Source of the DNA: a virus | Reading direction: 5' to 3' (one strand) | DNA length: 64,000 bases | IMG/VR virus record: IMGVR_UViG_3300020438_000014 | Location: 29,679 to 93,678 of that record | Part shown: positions 34,281 through 45,852 of the stretch, piece after piece | How the letters are laid out: each line of letters starts with the position of its first letter | Numbering within the stretch: position 1 is the first letter of the stretch | Made by a program: the position numbers and the translations under genes | Notes under the pieces: generated by a model | Seen by the model: the letters and a program-made list of their open reading frames with translations, nothing else | What the model was told of the DNA's origin: nothing | The model's database searches: none

Positions 34281-37200
34281 ATGGCTATAAACTTAGACGT
34301 ACACGGCAATACTCAGCCGCTCGAAGCAGCGGTACAGGCGGCTGTGAACAGAATTCGCAGAACTCCCATCAAGGTTACTGTTGATGATAAAGGCGCCACT
34401 CAGCCCTTAGGAAATATGAAGCGTGGTGCTGACGAGTTCAGTAAATCGATGGAGGCTGCAAATGCTCGTATTATAGCGTTCGGTGCGAGTATGGCTATTA
34501 TGAATGGCGTAGCTAATTCATTTAAGGCTGTAGTTGCAAATGCAGTTGAAGTAGAAAAAGCTCTTGCAGACATAAACGTAGTTATGGGATTGACCGCTTC
34601 TAATCTTGATAAATTTAGCGATGGGTTGTTTAAGGTTGCAAAAGAAACAGGAGCCGCTTTTAATATTGCAGCGCAGGCTGCAACCGAATATGCTCGTCAA
34701 GGCTTGGGCGTAGAAGAATCGCTCAAAAGAACGAGAGATGCTCTTATTCTTACTAGATTGACAGGTATGGATTCTGCGCAAGGCGTAAAAGCTCTTACTG
34801 CCGCAATGAACACATACGGCAAAGAAATTAAGGACACTACTCAACTTGTCAGTAAGTTTGCTGCGGTTGATGTAAAGTTTGCGGTAAGTGCAGAAGATTT
34901 TGCTGACGCTATTGCTCGTACGGGTCAAGCCGCAAAAAGCGCAGGAGTTAATATTGACGAGCTTATTGGTCTTGTTACTGCAGCTCAGCAGCAAACTGCT
35001 CGAGGCGGTAAAGTTATTGGTAACTCGTTTAAAACAATTTTTACTCGTATCGGAAGAACTGATACATTAAACCAGTTAGAGAACTTAGGTATTGCCGTTA
35101 GGGATTTAGAGGGTAATACTTTGGGGGCGAAAAGAATTTTAACTGATTTGGCTAATAGTTTTGATCATTTAAGTGAGGCCCAAAAAGCTCAGATAGCTCA
35201 AACTGTTGGTGGCGTATTTCAAATCAACGTATTGAAAGCTGTTCTTAGTGACGCAGCAAAACAAAATGGTATCCTAGCTAATGCTACTCAAATTTCTGCA
35301 GGAGCAACAGACGAAGCAATTCAAAAGAACGAACAGCTCCGTCAGACAATGGCTGCAATGGCAACAGAAACAGGGCTTGCGTTGAAAGATGTAAGCGCAC
35401 GAGTTGGAGAGATCATGCTTGGGCCAGGCATAGAAAAAATTCTTAATGTGGTGAAGTCTATAGCTGACGGAGCAAACAATCTCTTAGGAGAAGGAGAAGG
35501 CGCTGGAAGTAAATTTGCAAACGGATTTTTAAAAGGACTTGGCAATGTTATAACTGGCCCTGGCTTGGTGGTTATTACTGTTGTGTTTGGCAAGCTGTTT
35601 TTAAAAGCGGCTCAGTTTGCCAAAGAAAGTTTGGTTTCTCTTATAGGTGTTACAAGTGAAGCTCAAAAACAAAAAGCAATTCAATCTTCTTTGGTTGCTT
35701 TGTTTGGAAGAAGCGCGTCTCTTAGTAAAGAGATGCTTAGCACTGAAACTACAAAAGCTCAAAAAGAACAAATCATATTAAATCTTTTAAAAGCTCAAGT
35801 CGCAGAAGCACAAATGCTCGACTCTGTGGCCAAACGAGCCGCAAGCACTTTATATAAACAGGGATACAATGCTGGTTTGGCGCCAAGGAGTGGTCGTCGT
35901 GGAGCAAGCGGTTACATTCCTAATTTTGCTCACCCCGAAAGACAAGAAGCTGCCCAAGGAGGATACGCCGCAGGAAATATTCGATCAATGAATATGCCTG
36001 GTGGTGGCTCTGTTATTTACAATAGTGCAGAAAAAGTAAAGAATTTCGCAGGATTTACTCAGCCTGCAATTATGCCTCCGCTTTCTAGTAAAGCAGGAAA
36101 GAATTATCAACAAGCATTTGGAAGCGTTCATGGATTTGATCCGTATGCAGGAAGTGGTTATGTTCCTAATTTTGCTGCCAAAATCGTTCAAGGTGATAAA
36201 AAGCCTGGATCAGCCCCGCTCCTAAATGCAATAAACTTCGCCCACATGCTGACGCCTTCAGGAGGAGCTCATACAGTAACCACAAAGCCTGATAAAGCTA
36301 TTTATGGTGTTCCCGTTTCAAAACTACCTAGGGTAAGGTTTAAATCTTTCGGAATACAAAGAGGCGCTTCAACAAAAGCAGAAAATAAAAAGAAGGATAT
36401 CGCTGAGCAAATTTTTGATGCAGTAGAGGCTAATGCCATAAGAGAAGGAAGGCTCTTGGCCGATTCTTTTAAAATAGGAACTGGCAGGGCAAGCGGAAAA
36501 ACTATAAAGCAATCTATTAATAGCGGAGAAAGCGGAGGGGCTGGAGCTCTTCAATCTGTTGTTGGTGCTTTGTTTGAGGCTGCAATAAGCACCAAAATAA
36601 AGCAAGTTAAAGATCAGTCTGGGGGTATTGCTGGTGTTGCACAAGGAATAGGTGGAGACTTTGACCTTAGAAATCCAAATCAAGAACAAAGGGAGTCTCT
36701 GAAACTTTTATTTGGAGGTAGTTGGTCCAAAACTAAGCTCGCAGACTACAAGGGACAATTTTCAGATGGAAATGCCAAAAGCATGGCAGAAAAAATACTA
36801 AAGGAAAAACTTTACAGACAGCAGAATTTGGGAAGAGGTAATAATCCTGCTCTTGCTTTTGCTGGCGATAAAGTTATTCAACTCGACGAGAAACAGAGAA
36901 GGATTCTGGGCCCCAGAAGGGGAGCAAGAATGAATGCTAGAGGATATATTCCAAATTTTGCCGATCCATTAAGCGATGCAATAGGAAGAGAAAAAGGCGC
37001 TGGAGTGCCTGTCTCTCAAATAAGAGTTGGAACTCATCAATCTTTAATTGGCAAAGGCAATCCATTGGGTATAGGCGTAACAAACACAAAAGATGAGCCG
37101 AACGGATTACGCGATGTATTTGGTGCCGACGGTCACGTTCCTAATTATGCTTTTAGGGATGGAGCATCTAGGGTAATAAGTAATTTGTTGGACAAGTGGA

Positions 37201-40200
37201 AGTCAGTAAGCACTGTAGTTTTAAGTAGCGAAAAACAGCGCGAACTTGTTCAAATGCAAGGACTTAAAAATCAACAAAGATTTACTGCACAAGAAGCTGC
37301 CGAGCACATGAAGGGGTTAGGGTTTAGTAAGCAAGAAACTCGGCAATCAATGCTGCAATTAAATTACGAAAAACAAGAGACTAATGAAGCTATGAAGCAA
37401 GTCGGTTTCTCTAGGGGTGGAAGTATGGGGGCGATTGGCAATTTAAACAGTAAGGTTGGAAAGTCTGCATTTGGTAAATTTATGGGGGGCGGAGGAGGAA
37501 TGGGCGCAATGATGGGTCTTTCTATGATTGGAGGAATGCTTCCTGGGGCAAGTACGCCTGGCTCCGCTGGAAATTATGCAAGCAGCGCAATGAGTTACGC
37601 TTCTACCGGAATGATGATGGGAAGTATGGCTGGACCTTTTGCTCCAATAGCAATGGCCATAGGTGGACTGGGTGGAGCTCTTTACGGTTTATCTCAAGCT
37701 TCTGATGAAGCCTCTAAAGCTCTTAGAGAAAAAGCAGAGGCCGAAGCTGAAGCCAGCAGGCAGCATATGTCTTCGGTTTCTCAAGGGCTTGCTGGGCCAA
37801 TGCAGCAATTTGGTCTTTTCTCGGGAGATCAGGATTTGAACTACAACGGAATGAATATGACGTTGTCTAGCAAAGGAATGAATAGACTAACTGCTGGGGG
37901 TACTCATAACATGATACGCTCCAGCGGGTTAGGAGAACCGTTGGCTGACGATCCTCTCCTTCAAACTAACTTATTTATGGCTCAAAAAGGCGGGGAATAT
38001 GACAAATTATCAAAAAGAATCCAGAAACTGAAGGAAGATAGGGGGTTTTATAAGCAAGGCGGTAAATATGGGTCAAATCAAAGAGTAGAAAAATTAAATA
38101 AAGCGTTTAAGGGAACTATGTTCGAGGGGAAAGGTGATGAATATAATAACCTTATCGAACAACGAGACGCCTTATCTGATGAGGAGAAGCGAAAAAGAGG
38201 ATTCTTCGATGCTGGTGGTCTTTTTGGAAACGGATTTCACGTTGACAACATAGAAGGGCAACTAAAAAATAACTATCAATCAAAAATGGCCACAGGCTTC
38301 AGGAGGCAAAATATTAAGCAACAATTCGGTAGCCTTCCTTCTGATTATAGGTTTGATATTCCCGCGCTTCGGGCAGACAAAGCTCGTGACATCAAGAAGG
38401 GCGAAACTCGTTCGTACAATAGCAGAGAATTTCTTTCTCAAGTAGATGATCTTAGCGATAAAGAAATTCGTGATTTAGATCTTGACCTTAAAAAGTTAAG
38501 AAAAAAAATCGGAGAAGATTCAAAAAAAGAAGCCGAAGGATTAATAATCCAGCTTAACACTCAAAAAGCTATTATATCTGCGCAAAATCAGGTTCGACTA
38601 AATCTTTTAGATATATCTGATAAGTATAAAAGCCAAATTTCTGATTTAGATATTCAGGGCAAGATAATTGGCGATTTGATGACCGAGCGACAAAAAACTG
38701 AACTTAAATACAATAAGGCTATCTTGAAAAACACAGAGGCTGAAGAAAAAGCGAAGGCTCAAGCAAACCTTCAATTTCGACAAGGGGTGTTTACTCAACT
38801 AGGCAATAACAAGCCTCTTGAGCAGGAGTTAAAGCGAGCCCTCTTAGACGACGGAGTTGAAGTTAAGGGAGGAAGTGGAGCAACAACCGTAGATGTAACT
38901 GATGCTCTTTCTGATCTGCCCACAGAAAAGCTTATAGGCCTTTTCGAAAAAATTAAAGAGGAAAATAAAGATAATGTTGGAATTCAAGAGGCGATTAATA
39001 GGCTTGCCGCTAACGAACTTTTGAAAAGGCAAGGTTTGATCGACGCCGCAGAAAGAACAAAAACCCTTTCTGACGATCAGGCTGAAAAAGAAAAAGACAT
39101 TAATTTTATTATTGATCAGAGAACACAGAAAGTAAAAGATCTTGCCAGGGAAATTAACCTCGTTAACAATCTAACTGATCAAGCAATGAAAGGTTTGGCC
39201 GCTACCGAAAAAACTCAAGACGCAAGAAGATCTTTTGCTTCCGCAGGGGTAACAGGAATTGAGTCTCAATTTTTAGCAGGAAAACAAGGTAGGCAAATTT
39301 CAGCAAATAGAAATATGCGAAATTTAGCTCTTGGCTTGGGCAAAAATATGAATTCACTGGATCAGGAATATAGAAAAGAACTACTAGATCAAAGAGATGC
39401 GGATAGATACGCGATTTCAGGGCCAGATAGCGCAGCCGAACTTGATCATATGATGGCGCTAATCGAAGCAGAGACAGAAAGAACCAAGAAGCTTGATGAA
39501 TATGAACAGAAAAGATCAGCTCTGGTTTCTACATTCGAATCTGAAAGACTTTCAATAGACGAAATTCTTCAATTAGAAAACGAAAGAAACAAAATAATTA
39601 CAGAAAGAGCTCTACTCAAGGAGTCACTAGATCGTTCTGGAGACATGTTAAATTTCAGGGTAGGCATGGATCAGAGCTCTCGAAGTCGAGAGCAAGAGAT
39701 CGCTAAATCAAGAAGGTTAACTGCTTTTGGCTCTCACGATAAAACTCGAGCCCAGCAGATGGCTTTTGATATGAACGAGATGGATATTACTACTCAAGAA
39801 GCAGTCCAACAGCTAGAAGAAAGTAAAAAAACTGAACGTTTCGCTTTTAATGCACAGAGAGAAAATTTAAATCGAGAACAAGCAGAATTGCAAAAGCTAA
39901 GAGACGCTAAACCAGAAGAAGGTACTGCTGAAAGTGATAGACTTAAGATTCTTCAAGCTTCAGAGCGGTCAAGATTGAAGACGTTGAGCGATATAGAATT
40001 TAAGAAACAAAAAACTTTGGCTGGTTTGGACGAAGAAATTGAAAAAACAAAAACGTTAAACGAAGAAGAAAAGAAAAGAATGATCAACCAAGAAAAGCAT
40101 AATCAGTCGTTTACAGGTGGGCTCAGAGACGGCATGACTCGCGTAAGAACTGATGCTGCTTATGTCACTCATAAACTTGGAGAAGACCTGCCTATCAAGC

Positions 40201-41576
40201 TTCGGGATGGTCTTGCAGAAGCTATGGGAGCCGCAATCAATGGCGCGGATGATCTTGGCGATGTTCTGCGTGACGTAGCCATGGGATTTCTTCAAACAAT
40301 TCAGCAAGCAATGCTTCAAAAAGCTGCTGGTCACATGATCGGAGCTATGGGTTTTTCGAAGGGTGGTCAGGTTCCAGGCAGAGTTCCTGCGATGGTTACA
40401 AACGGAGAATATATAATGAACAAAGACGCTGTAAATAAATACGGCGGAGGTTTTATGCATAGCTTAAACGCTCGAGGAAGACTTCCGTCTTATTCAACTG
40501 GCGGACCACACAAAGAATCTGCTATCGGAATGAATTTTGCAGGATCAGAAGGATTTCAAACAGGGCGTAGATATCAATCCGAAAAAATGTCAGGCTTCTT
40601 TTATAGTGGTCAAGCGGGCAACGTAGGACTTCAGGAAGACACATCAAGCGCCAGAGAAATAATTCAGGAAAGGATTCGTAGGGCTGCCGAGAAAAAAGCT
40701 AAAAAACAAGCTTTACTGAAGCAGATAGTCGGCACAGTTTTGAGTGTCGGCATTAGTCATGGAATTGGATCAATGATGAGCAGTGCGGCTTCTAGCTCTG
40801 CAGAAGGCATGATGAGCGCACAAGGAATTCCAGAAGGATCTGCAGATTTTATAGCAAAGAGTAATGGCATGTCTACGCAACAGGCGCAAAGCGTACTATT
40901 AAATGCAAAAATGAATGATCAGGGTATTGGAGCTTATATTCCCGCAGGATCTCCGCAAACTAGCGCATCACTTCTTGGGCCGCCAGCAGTTAGCGCGCCG
41001 CAATCAAGCAAATCAACAGGTCTTTTTGGCGGATTCGTAGAAAATATGTTTGGTCCAGGATCAAGCTCTTCTTCTTATTGGGGTTCTTCTCAGAAAGCCA
41101 AAGATTACCGAGCAAACATTCCGCAAGAAGATATAGATGCATACAAAAGAAAGCATGGAGTCGGCTTCTTTGCTTCTGGAGGTTTCGTTTCTGGAAAATC
41201 TGGTATCGATCAAATTCCCGCGATGTTGAGCGAAGGAGAATATGTAATCAAAGCGAGCAGTGCAAGAAGACTCGGACCTCAAACCTTAAACGCAATAAAC
41301 ACAGGAAGATTCAATGACGGAGGGGCTGTAACTCCTATCAGCGAAAAAACAGAATCTGGAATTTCTGGAGGAAATACAAACAACATAAGTATTTCTGTGA
41401 ACATTGATAAATCCGGAGGATCTTCCGAAGAAAAATCTGATAGTAAAAGCAGCGATCCAAAAAAGGCTTCAGATGATCAAACTAAAGAAAAAGCTCTTTC
41501 AGAAAAATTAAAAGAACAAGTCGTTGCAACCATACTCGAAGAACAACGTCCAGGCGGGCTTCTGGCCAAAGACTAA
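34281..41576 (+). CDS. tail tape measure protein (2431 aa)
   Basis: TP901-type TMP core (E..LADINVV...A.ETG...A..EYARQG...G..IGNSFKTIF.R), long coiled coils, C-terminal GG.V.G..G.D.IPAMLS.GEYV. Confidence 0.93.
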   Translation: MAINLDVHGNTQPLEAAVQAAVNRIRRTPIKVTVDDKGATQPLGNMKRGADEFSKSMEAANARIIAFGASMAIMNGVANSFKAVVANAVEVEKALADINVVMGLTASNLDKFSDGLFKVAKETGAAFNIAAQAATEYARQGLGVEESLKRTRDALILTRLTGMDSAQGVKALTAAMNTYGKEIKDTTQLVSKFAAVDVKFAVSAEDFADAIARTGQAAKSAGVNIDELIGLVTAAQQQTARGGKVIGNSFKTIFTRIGRTDTLNQLENLGIAVRDLEGNTLGAKRILTDLANSFDHLSEAQKAQIAQTVGGVFQINVLKAVLSDAAKQNGILANATQISAGATDEAIQKNEQLRQTMAAMATETGLALKDVSARVGEIMLGPGIEKILNVVKSIADGANNLLGEGEGAGSKFANGFLKGLGNVITGPGLVVITVVFGKLFLKAAQFAKESLVSLIGVTSEAQKQKAIQSSLVALFGRSASLSKEMLSTETTKAQKEQIILNLLKAQVAEAQMLDSVAKRAASTLYKQGYNAGLAPRSGRRGASGYIPNFAHPERQEAAQGGYAAGNIRSMNMPGGGSVIYNSAEKVKNFAGFTQPAIMPPLSSKAGKNYQQAFGSVHGFDPYAGSGYVPNFAAKIVQGDKKPGSAPLLNAINFAHMLTPSGGAHTVTTKPDKAIYGVPVSKLPRVRFKSFGIQRGASTKAENKKKDIAEQIFDAVEANAIREGRLLADSFKIGTGRASGKTIKQSINSGESGGAGALQSVVGALFEAAISTKIKQVKDQSGGIAGVAQGIGGDFDLRNPNQEQRESLKLLFGGSWSKTKLADYKGQFSDGNAKSMAEKILKEKLYRQQNLGRGNNPALAFAGDKVIQLDEKQRRILGPRRGARMNARGYIPNFADPLSDAIGREKGAGVPVSQIRVGTHQSLIGKGNPLGIGVTNTKDEPNGLRDVFGADGHVPNYAFRDGASRVISNLLDKWKSVSTVVLSSEKQRELVQMQGLKNQQRFTAQEAAEHMKGLGFSKQETRQSMLQLNYEKQETNEAMKQVGFSRGGSMGAIGNLNSKVGKSAFGKFMGGGGGMGAMMGLSMIGGMLPGASTPGSAGNYASSAMSYASTGMMMGSMAGPFAPIAMAIGGLGGALYGLSQASDEASKALREKAEAEAEASRQHMSSVSQGLAGPMQQFGLFSGDQDLNYNGMNMTLSSKGMNRLTAGGTHNMIRSSGLGEPLADDPLLQTNLFMAQKGGEYDKLSKRIQKLKEDRGFYKQGGKYGSNQRVEKLNKAFKGTMFEGKGDEYNNLIEQRDALSDEEKRKRGFFDAGGLFGNGFHVDNIEGQLKNNYQSKMATGFRRQNIKQQFGSLPSDYRFDIPALRADKARDIKKGETRSYNSREFLSQVDDLSDKEIRDLDLDLKKLRKKIGEDSKKEAEGLIIQLNTQKAIISAQNQVRLNLLDISDKYKSQISDLDIQGKIIGDLMTERQKTELKYNKAILKNTEAEEKAKAQANLQFRQGVFTQLGNNKPLEQELKRALLDDGVEVKGGSGATTVDVTDALSDLPTEKLIGLFEKIKEENKDNVGIQEAINRLAANELLKRQGLIDAAERTKTLSDDQAEKEKDINFIIDQRTQKVKDLAREINLVNNLTDQAMKGLAATEKTQDARRSFASAGVTGIESQFLAGKQGRQISANRNMRNLALGLGKNMNSLDQEYRKELLDQRDADRYAISGPDSAAELDHMMALIEAETERTKKLDEYEQKRSALVSTFESERLSIDEILQLENERNKIITERALLKESLDRSGDMLNFRVGMDQSSRSREQEIAKSRRLTAFGSHDKTRAQQMAFDMNEMDITTQEAVQQLEESKKTERFAFNAQRENLNREQAELQKLRDAKPEEGTAESDRLKILQASERSRLKTLSDIEFKKQKTLAGLDEEIEKTKTLNEEEKKRMINQEKHNQSFTGGLRDGMTRVRTDAAYVTHKLGEDLPIKLRDGLAEAMGAAINGADDLGDVLRDVAMGFLQTIQQAMLQKAAGHMIGAMGFSKGGQVPGRVPAMVTNGEYIMNKDAVNKYGGGFMHSLNARGRLPSYSTGGPHKESAIGMNFAGSEGFQTGRRYQSEKMSGFFYSGQAGNVGLQEDTSSAREIIQERIRRAAEKKAKKQALLKQIVGTVLSVGISHGIGSMMSSAASSSAEGMMSAQGIPEGSADFIAKSNGMSTQQAQSVLLNAKMNDQGIGAYIPAGSPQTSASLLGPPAVSAPQSSKSTGLFGGFVENMFGPGSSSSSYWGSSQKAKDYRANIPQEDIDAYKRKHGVGFFASGGFVSGKSGIDQIPAMLSEGEYVIKASSARRLGPQTLNAINTGRFNDGGAVTPISEKTESGISGGNTNNISISVNIDKSGGSSEEKSDSKSSDPKKASDDQTKEKALSEKLKEQVVATILEEQRPGGLLAKD

Positions 41577-42469
41577 TGAGCTACTCTAATTACGAGCAAA
41601 CCGTTATTCTTGAATCGGTTGCATTATCAGGGGTGCAAAGTGTGGAAGGTAGTTATGGAATAACTGAAAATCCAGTGCGTGTTGCTGGCGTAGGTTTTAT
41701 TGACGCATTTCCAGACGCACCCCTAGAAGGTAATTTTAAAATATCTCGACAAATGGTAGGAAGAGATCCTCTGTTAAAGTTGAGTCCTGCGGGTACATAT
41801 TTATATGATGAACAAGAAATCAGTGGAGCAATTTTATACGACAACGAAACCAAGGGTTTTGGATTCACAAAGGCAAGAGTAAACCGATACTCTATTAGCT
41901 GTACCGTTGGGCAACTTCCGACAATAGATGCTGATATAACTGTATACGGAGAATTTGGTAGCGGGGTAATGCCGCATCTTGGATCTCCTTTGCTTGAACA
42001 TCCTCCAATGCAATTTCCTGATCAATCTACAGTCTCTATTTCGGTAGATGATTTTAGCACCGATGCAGTAACCGATTTTAGTTATAGTCGGGCAATAAAT
42101 TTAAGACCTGTATATGCAATTCACCAAGGAGAGATTTCTGATTTTCAAGAAGATCTTCCCACCGATTTTGATATGAAAAATTTGTCGCCAGTTCAAGTTG
42201 ATACTCAATATCCAATTGAAACAGACATGAACTTTACAATGATTGTAGACCAATATCAAATAAGGGAAATTAAAAACCGAATACAATCTGCTCCAAAAAC
42301 AAATGTAAAAATAGAAATGCGCGATTCTAAAACCAATGAAATGATCAACGCTTTTACTGGTCAAAACGTAAGATTGATATCCGAGTCACTAAGCTCTTCT
42401 ATAGACGGTGAGATGTCTGTATCGTTAACATACAAGGGGTACGATCCTCTTCACAACCCTGTATCATGA
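41576..42469 (+). CDS. tube-fold distal tail/baseplate protein
   Basis: LSGVQSV.GSY, YSISC.VG.LP motifs like the tube paralogs; directly follows TMP. Confidence 0.55.
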   Translation: MSYSNYEQTVILESVALSGVQSVEGSYGITENPVRVAGVGFIDAFPDAPLEGNFKISRQMVGRDPLLKLSPAGTYLYDEQEISGAILYDNETKGFGFTKARVNRYSISCTVGQLPTIDADITVYGEFGSGVMPHLGSPLLEHPPMQFPDQSTVSISVDDFSTDAVTDFSYSRAINLRPVYAIHQGEISDFQEDLPTDFDMKNLSPVQVDTQYPIETDMNFTMIVDQYQIREIKNRIQSAPKTNVKIEMRDSKTNEMINAFTGQNVRLISESLSSSIDGEMSVSLTYKGYDPLHNPVS

Positions 42470-43392
42470 GCAAGCCGTTTTTAAGATTTGAAGATGGAAA
42501 GATATCTCTTGGAAACAAGGATTTGATGGTTACATCTGCGAGCCTTTCTATATCTCCTGGTTTAGAGCCAGAAAGAGTATACGGAGATTATTCTCCAAGC
42601 ATAGTAGGATCAACTGCCGAGTTTATAGACTTTGCTCCCAAGGGAGGCTTGGCTGGAAAATTAGAAATTAAATTTATGATTATAGATGAAACATTTGATG
42701 TTGATAATAATTTGGCAAATGATATTAATGTTTTATTTGATATAAGAAATGGTATGAGCGAAGAGGCTATACATGGTAATATAGTTGGCAGATATTTTTT
42801 TGATAATATGTATTTAAATAGTTTTAGTTTTAGTTTGGCTCCATACAGAATAATACAAGCTAGCGCAAGTTATGACATATATGGTTCAATATATAAAGCT
42901 ATAGATAGAAGGTTTCAAAAAACAAGCATTGATCCTGCCCATGGATTAAAATCTTTTGGAAAAATAGAAGCAAGTAATACTTCTATGCAGACCGCTAATG
43001 GAAGGCAGTTTGAAGTTTCTCAGCTTGATTATAGTATAAGAGTGGGAAGGAAGCTTCATTATCACATAAGAGACGGAGAGCATACCAGGGTTGCTACTGG
43101 TTCGAACGGAATTGTACCCCACCGTGTATCTGTAGAAAATATAGAGGCCACAATGTCTCTTGAAGGTAATGATATAGTGCAAAAATTAAACCCTTACGGA
43201 GAATTTCAGGCTGGATCAGGAAGGGCATCTGAAGCAGATAGGAATTCTTCAGTATTTGCTTTTTTGTATACAATGAGCGGAAAAAGAATAGCAAGTTTTG
43301 GTTGTGAGGGTAAAATTACAGAGCAATCTGTTGATATCTCAGAGGGAAATTATGCAAAAGGTAAGTTAACCGTAAAACAAATAATTAAATAA
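42466..43392 (+). CDS. tail structural protein
   Basis: Synteny; YLNSFSFS..P motif. Confidence 0.5.
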   Translation: MSKPFLRFEDGKISLGNKDLMVTSASLSISPGLEPERVYGDYSPSIVGSTAEFIDFAPKGGLAGKLEIKFMIIDETFDVDNNLANDINVLFDIRNGMSEEAIHGNIVGRYFFDNMYLNSFSFSLAPYRIIQASASYDIYGSIYKAIDRRFQKTSIDPAHGLKSFGKIEASNTSMQTANGRQFEVSQLDYSIRVGRKLHYHIRDGEHTRVATGSNGIVPHRVSVENIEATMSLEGNDIVQKLNPYGEFQAGSGRASEADRNSSVFAFLYTMSGKRIASFGCEGKITEQSVDISEGNYAKGKLTVKQIIK

Positions 43393-43393
43393 T

Positions 43394-45841
43394 ATGTTTG
43401 GTTCAATTATAGATAATTTGTTGAAGCAAGACGTTCTTCTTGGTAGGCAGTCTCATGTTAGAAATTACAGCGGAATTTTCAATCCTGAGCTTAGTTACAA
43501 AAAATTTGATTTTGTTTATAATACTGGAGACGGATTATATTATTACGCCAAAGAAGATATGGCTCTTGGCGCAGGGGTTTCTGTCTCTGCTGCGAACAGA
43601 TACCACTTGTGTCCGACAAGGCAGGGGGGATTCTTTATAGTAGATTCCTTGAATAGGCCCGATGACATTGGCGCAACTTTTGAGAAAGGAAATATAATAG
43701 ATCTCGATGGATCGAGTGATAGTGATGGAAGATATAGTATATTTCGCGTATCCAAAGATATAGTCCATACTTCTCCAATTATAGATTTTAAGGGACAACA
43801 ACCAATAGAGATCACTGGAGCATATATCACTGTTGCCCCCGTATCTGATCAGTATTCATTCGATTCATTCGAGGCAAAATCTTCAAACACTATAACAATT
43901 ACAACTCTAGACGCAGACCCTTCGGTTAATAATGATCTATGGGTCAGGGATCGGTTTTTCTTTGACCCTGACTACGGGTCAACAGTAAACTTTAAGTCGT
44001 CAAACAAAGAAGTTGAAATGGGAAATGGCTATAAAATAGTAACCCCTTCTAGCGTAAACTCTCTGCTGATGTCTGTCGATATGAAATTTAAAAACAGAAG
44101 TAACCGAGAATCAAATGCTATAATTCATTTTGTTGAAAATCATCTTGGACAATTGGAGAAAGACAAAACTTCTCCAAATCTTGCTTATACACAAGGAATT
44201 TCTGGTTTTCATTGGGATGGAGAGTCTTCCTTTCACCCTTATGATACTGTAGAAAATCAAAGCAAGACTTTTTATTGCACTGAATTTAGTCATAACTTAG
44301 CTTTTGAGAATAGCAATAACATTGATCTCACTTTAAGAAATTTAGACTCGTCTTTGCTGAGAAAAACTGTGCAAGGGGGTTGGATGGTCGGCGGCGGAGA
44401 GGAGTATGATTCTTCTACTACTTATGAAAAAAATGATTTCGCTCTTTATACTGGAAACATGCAATATTACTATTGGGAAGGAGATTCTCCTGGTAATACG
44501 GCTCCTGCTGGACAAAACTCAAGTTGGACAAGAGAAGGAGGTCAATACTATGATGTTAAGGGTATAGATTATGCACGATACGTAGATGATCATCCAGACT
44601 TGGCCGAACACTTTGCTGTCAACTCAACATTAAACGGGGTTTCTTATCCTGCGAAGCAGAACTGGGGCGAAGCTCATTATCTAGCCTATGGCCAATACGA
44701 AACTCGGCAAGTCCACAGCTCGAGTTGGACTAGAGACTTTTTCTGGAAGCCTTCGTTAGGATTAACTGTTTCTCAAAAACCTAGAATGAAAATAGCTGGA
44801 CTAAAAAATGGTTACAGCCAAATATATAATGACGGAATAAATGAAAGCCTTTTGGAATTAAATTTAAATTTTAAAAACAGAAGTGACCATGAGGCTCGGG
44901 CGATACTTCATTTTTTAGAGCAAAAACTCGGATATCTTCCTTTTGGGTTTATTCCTCCTGCGCCGTACAATAGATTTCAAAATTTTATATGCGAGGCGTG
45001 GTCTCATACCTACAACTATAAAAATAATCATGATATTTCTGCAAAGTTTAGCCAGTTTCCGTTTAATTTAAAGGCCGAAAAATATGACGGGTTAATTACT
45101 CCCGCAGAAATGTCAGAAGGAGAATTGGTGTTTGAGTCTCCGTTAGTTTTCGCAACAGATAGTAATGTAGATCGAGTTAAGCCTGGTCAGAAGTTAAAGG
45201 CCAGACTTAAATTAAGAAATATAGGGGATTTACCTGTAACTATAAACTCTGCGACTTTATCTAACGCTGGTCTTGCTCAAATAATTGGGGCAGACTCTAG
45301 CAATAATGGCATTCCTGTGGTTCTTGATAGCTTGGAAAGAGAGGGTTATATTTTTACAGGAGATTCTTTTGTTCGAGGAGGCAATGTTGCAATGAAGCTG
45401 TCTAAGTCATATTCTAAAGGAACAAAAGATGGTGGGCAAATTTTTACAGTAGGCACTATAGATGGAAATGGAAATTTTCAACCCACTCTAGAAGATGGTA
45501 TCGTCGTTAGTCTTTTTCAGAATAATCTTGGAGAAATAAAAGACAAAATTAACCATGGTGACCCTGGTAATTATGTGCCTGCAGCGGGGTATGTTGTTAA
45601 AGAATTTTTTAAACAAAATGCTGTTACTGAAATTCCTGGAGGAGAGAGTGGATATATAGATATAGTGTTCACCGCTCCTTCTGCTTCTGATTTAAATTCA
45701 GACTTGGGTGTAGATACCGAGGTTGATGAAGACATAGTTCTTCTTGGGGCGGGATCATATATTGAGATAAACCTAGAGATAGATAGTACTACAGCATATT
45801 CTCCTCAAGTTGGAAAGCTAAAATGTTTCGTTTCGTCATAA
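43394..45841 (+). CDS. minor tail protein with two lambda gpM-like domains
   Basis: Two copies of FF..P..G..V......GY.......N..L......F.NRS..E..AI.HF.E..LG; PF.F.PP.PY. Confidence 0.75.
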   Translation: MFGSIIDNLLKQDVLLGRQSHVRNYSGIFNPELSYKKFDFVYNTGDGLYYYAKEDMALGAGVSVSAANRYHLCPTRQGGFFIVDSLNRPDDIGATFEKGNIIDLDGSSDSDGRYSIFRVSKDIVHTSPIIDFKGQQPIEITGAYITVAPVSDQYSFDSFEAKSSNTITITTLDADPSVNNDLWVRDRFFFDPDYGSTVNFKSSNKEVEMGNGYKIVTPSSVNSLLMSVDMKFKNRSNRESNAIIHFVENHLGQLEKDKTSPNLAYTQGISGFHWDGESSFHPYDTVENQSKTFYCTEFSHNLAFENSNNIDLTLRNLDSSLLRKTVQGGWMVGGGEEYDSSTTYEKNDFALYTGNMQYYYWEGDSPGNTAPAGQNSSWTREGGQYYDVKGIDYARYVDDHPDLAEHFAVNSTLNGVSYPAKQNWGEAHYLAYGQYETRQVHSSSWTRDFFWKPSLGLTVSQKPRMKIAGLKNGYSQIYNDGINESLLELNLNFKNRSDHEARAILHFLEQKLGYLPFGFIPPAPYNRFQNFICEAWSHTYNYKNNHDISAKFSQFPFNLKAEKYDGLITPAEMSEGELVFESPLVFATDSNVDRVKPGQKLKARLKLRNIGDLPVTINSATLSNAGLAQIIGADSSNNGIPVVLDSLEREGYIFTGDSFVRGGNVAMKLSKSYSKGTKDGGQIFTVGTIDGNGNFQPTLEDGIVVSLFQNNLGEIKDKINHGDPGNYVPAAGYVVKEFFKQNAVTEIPGGESGYIDIVFTAPSASDLNSDLGVDTEVDEDIVLLGAGSYIEINLEIDSTTAYSPQVGKLKCFVSS

Positions 45842-45852
45842 AATAGAATATC

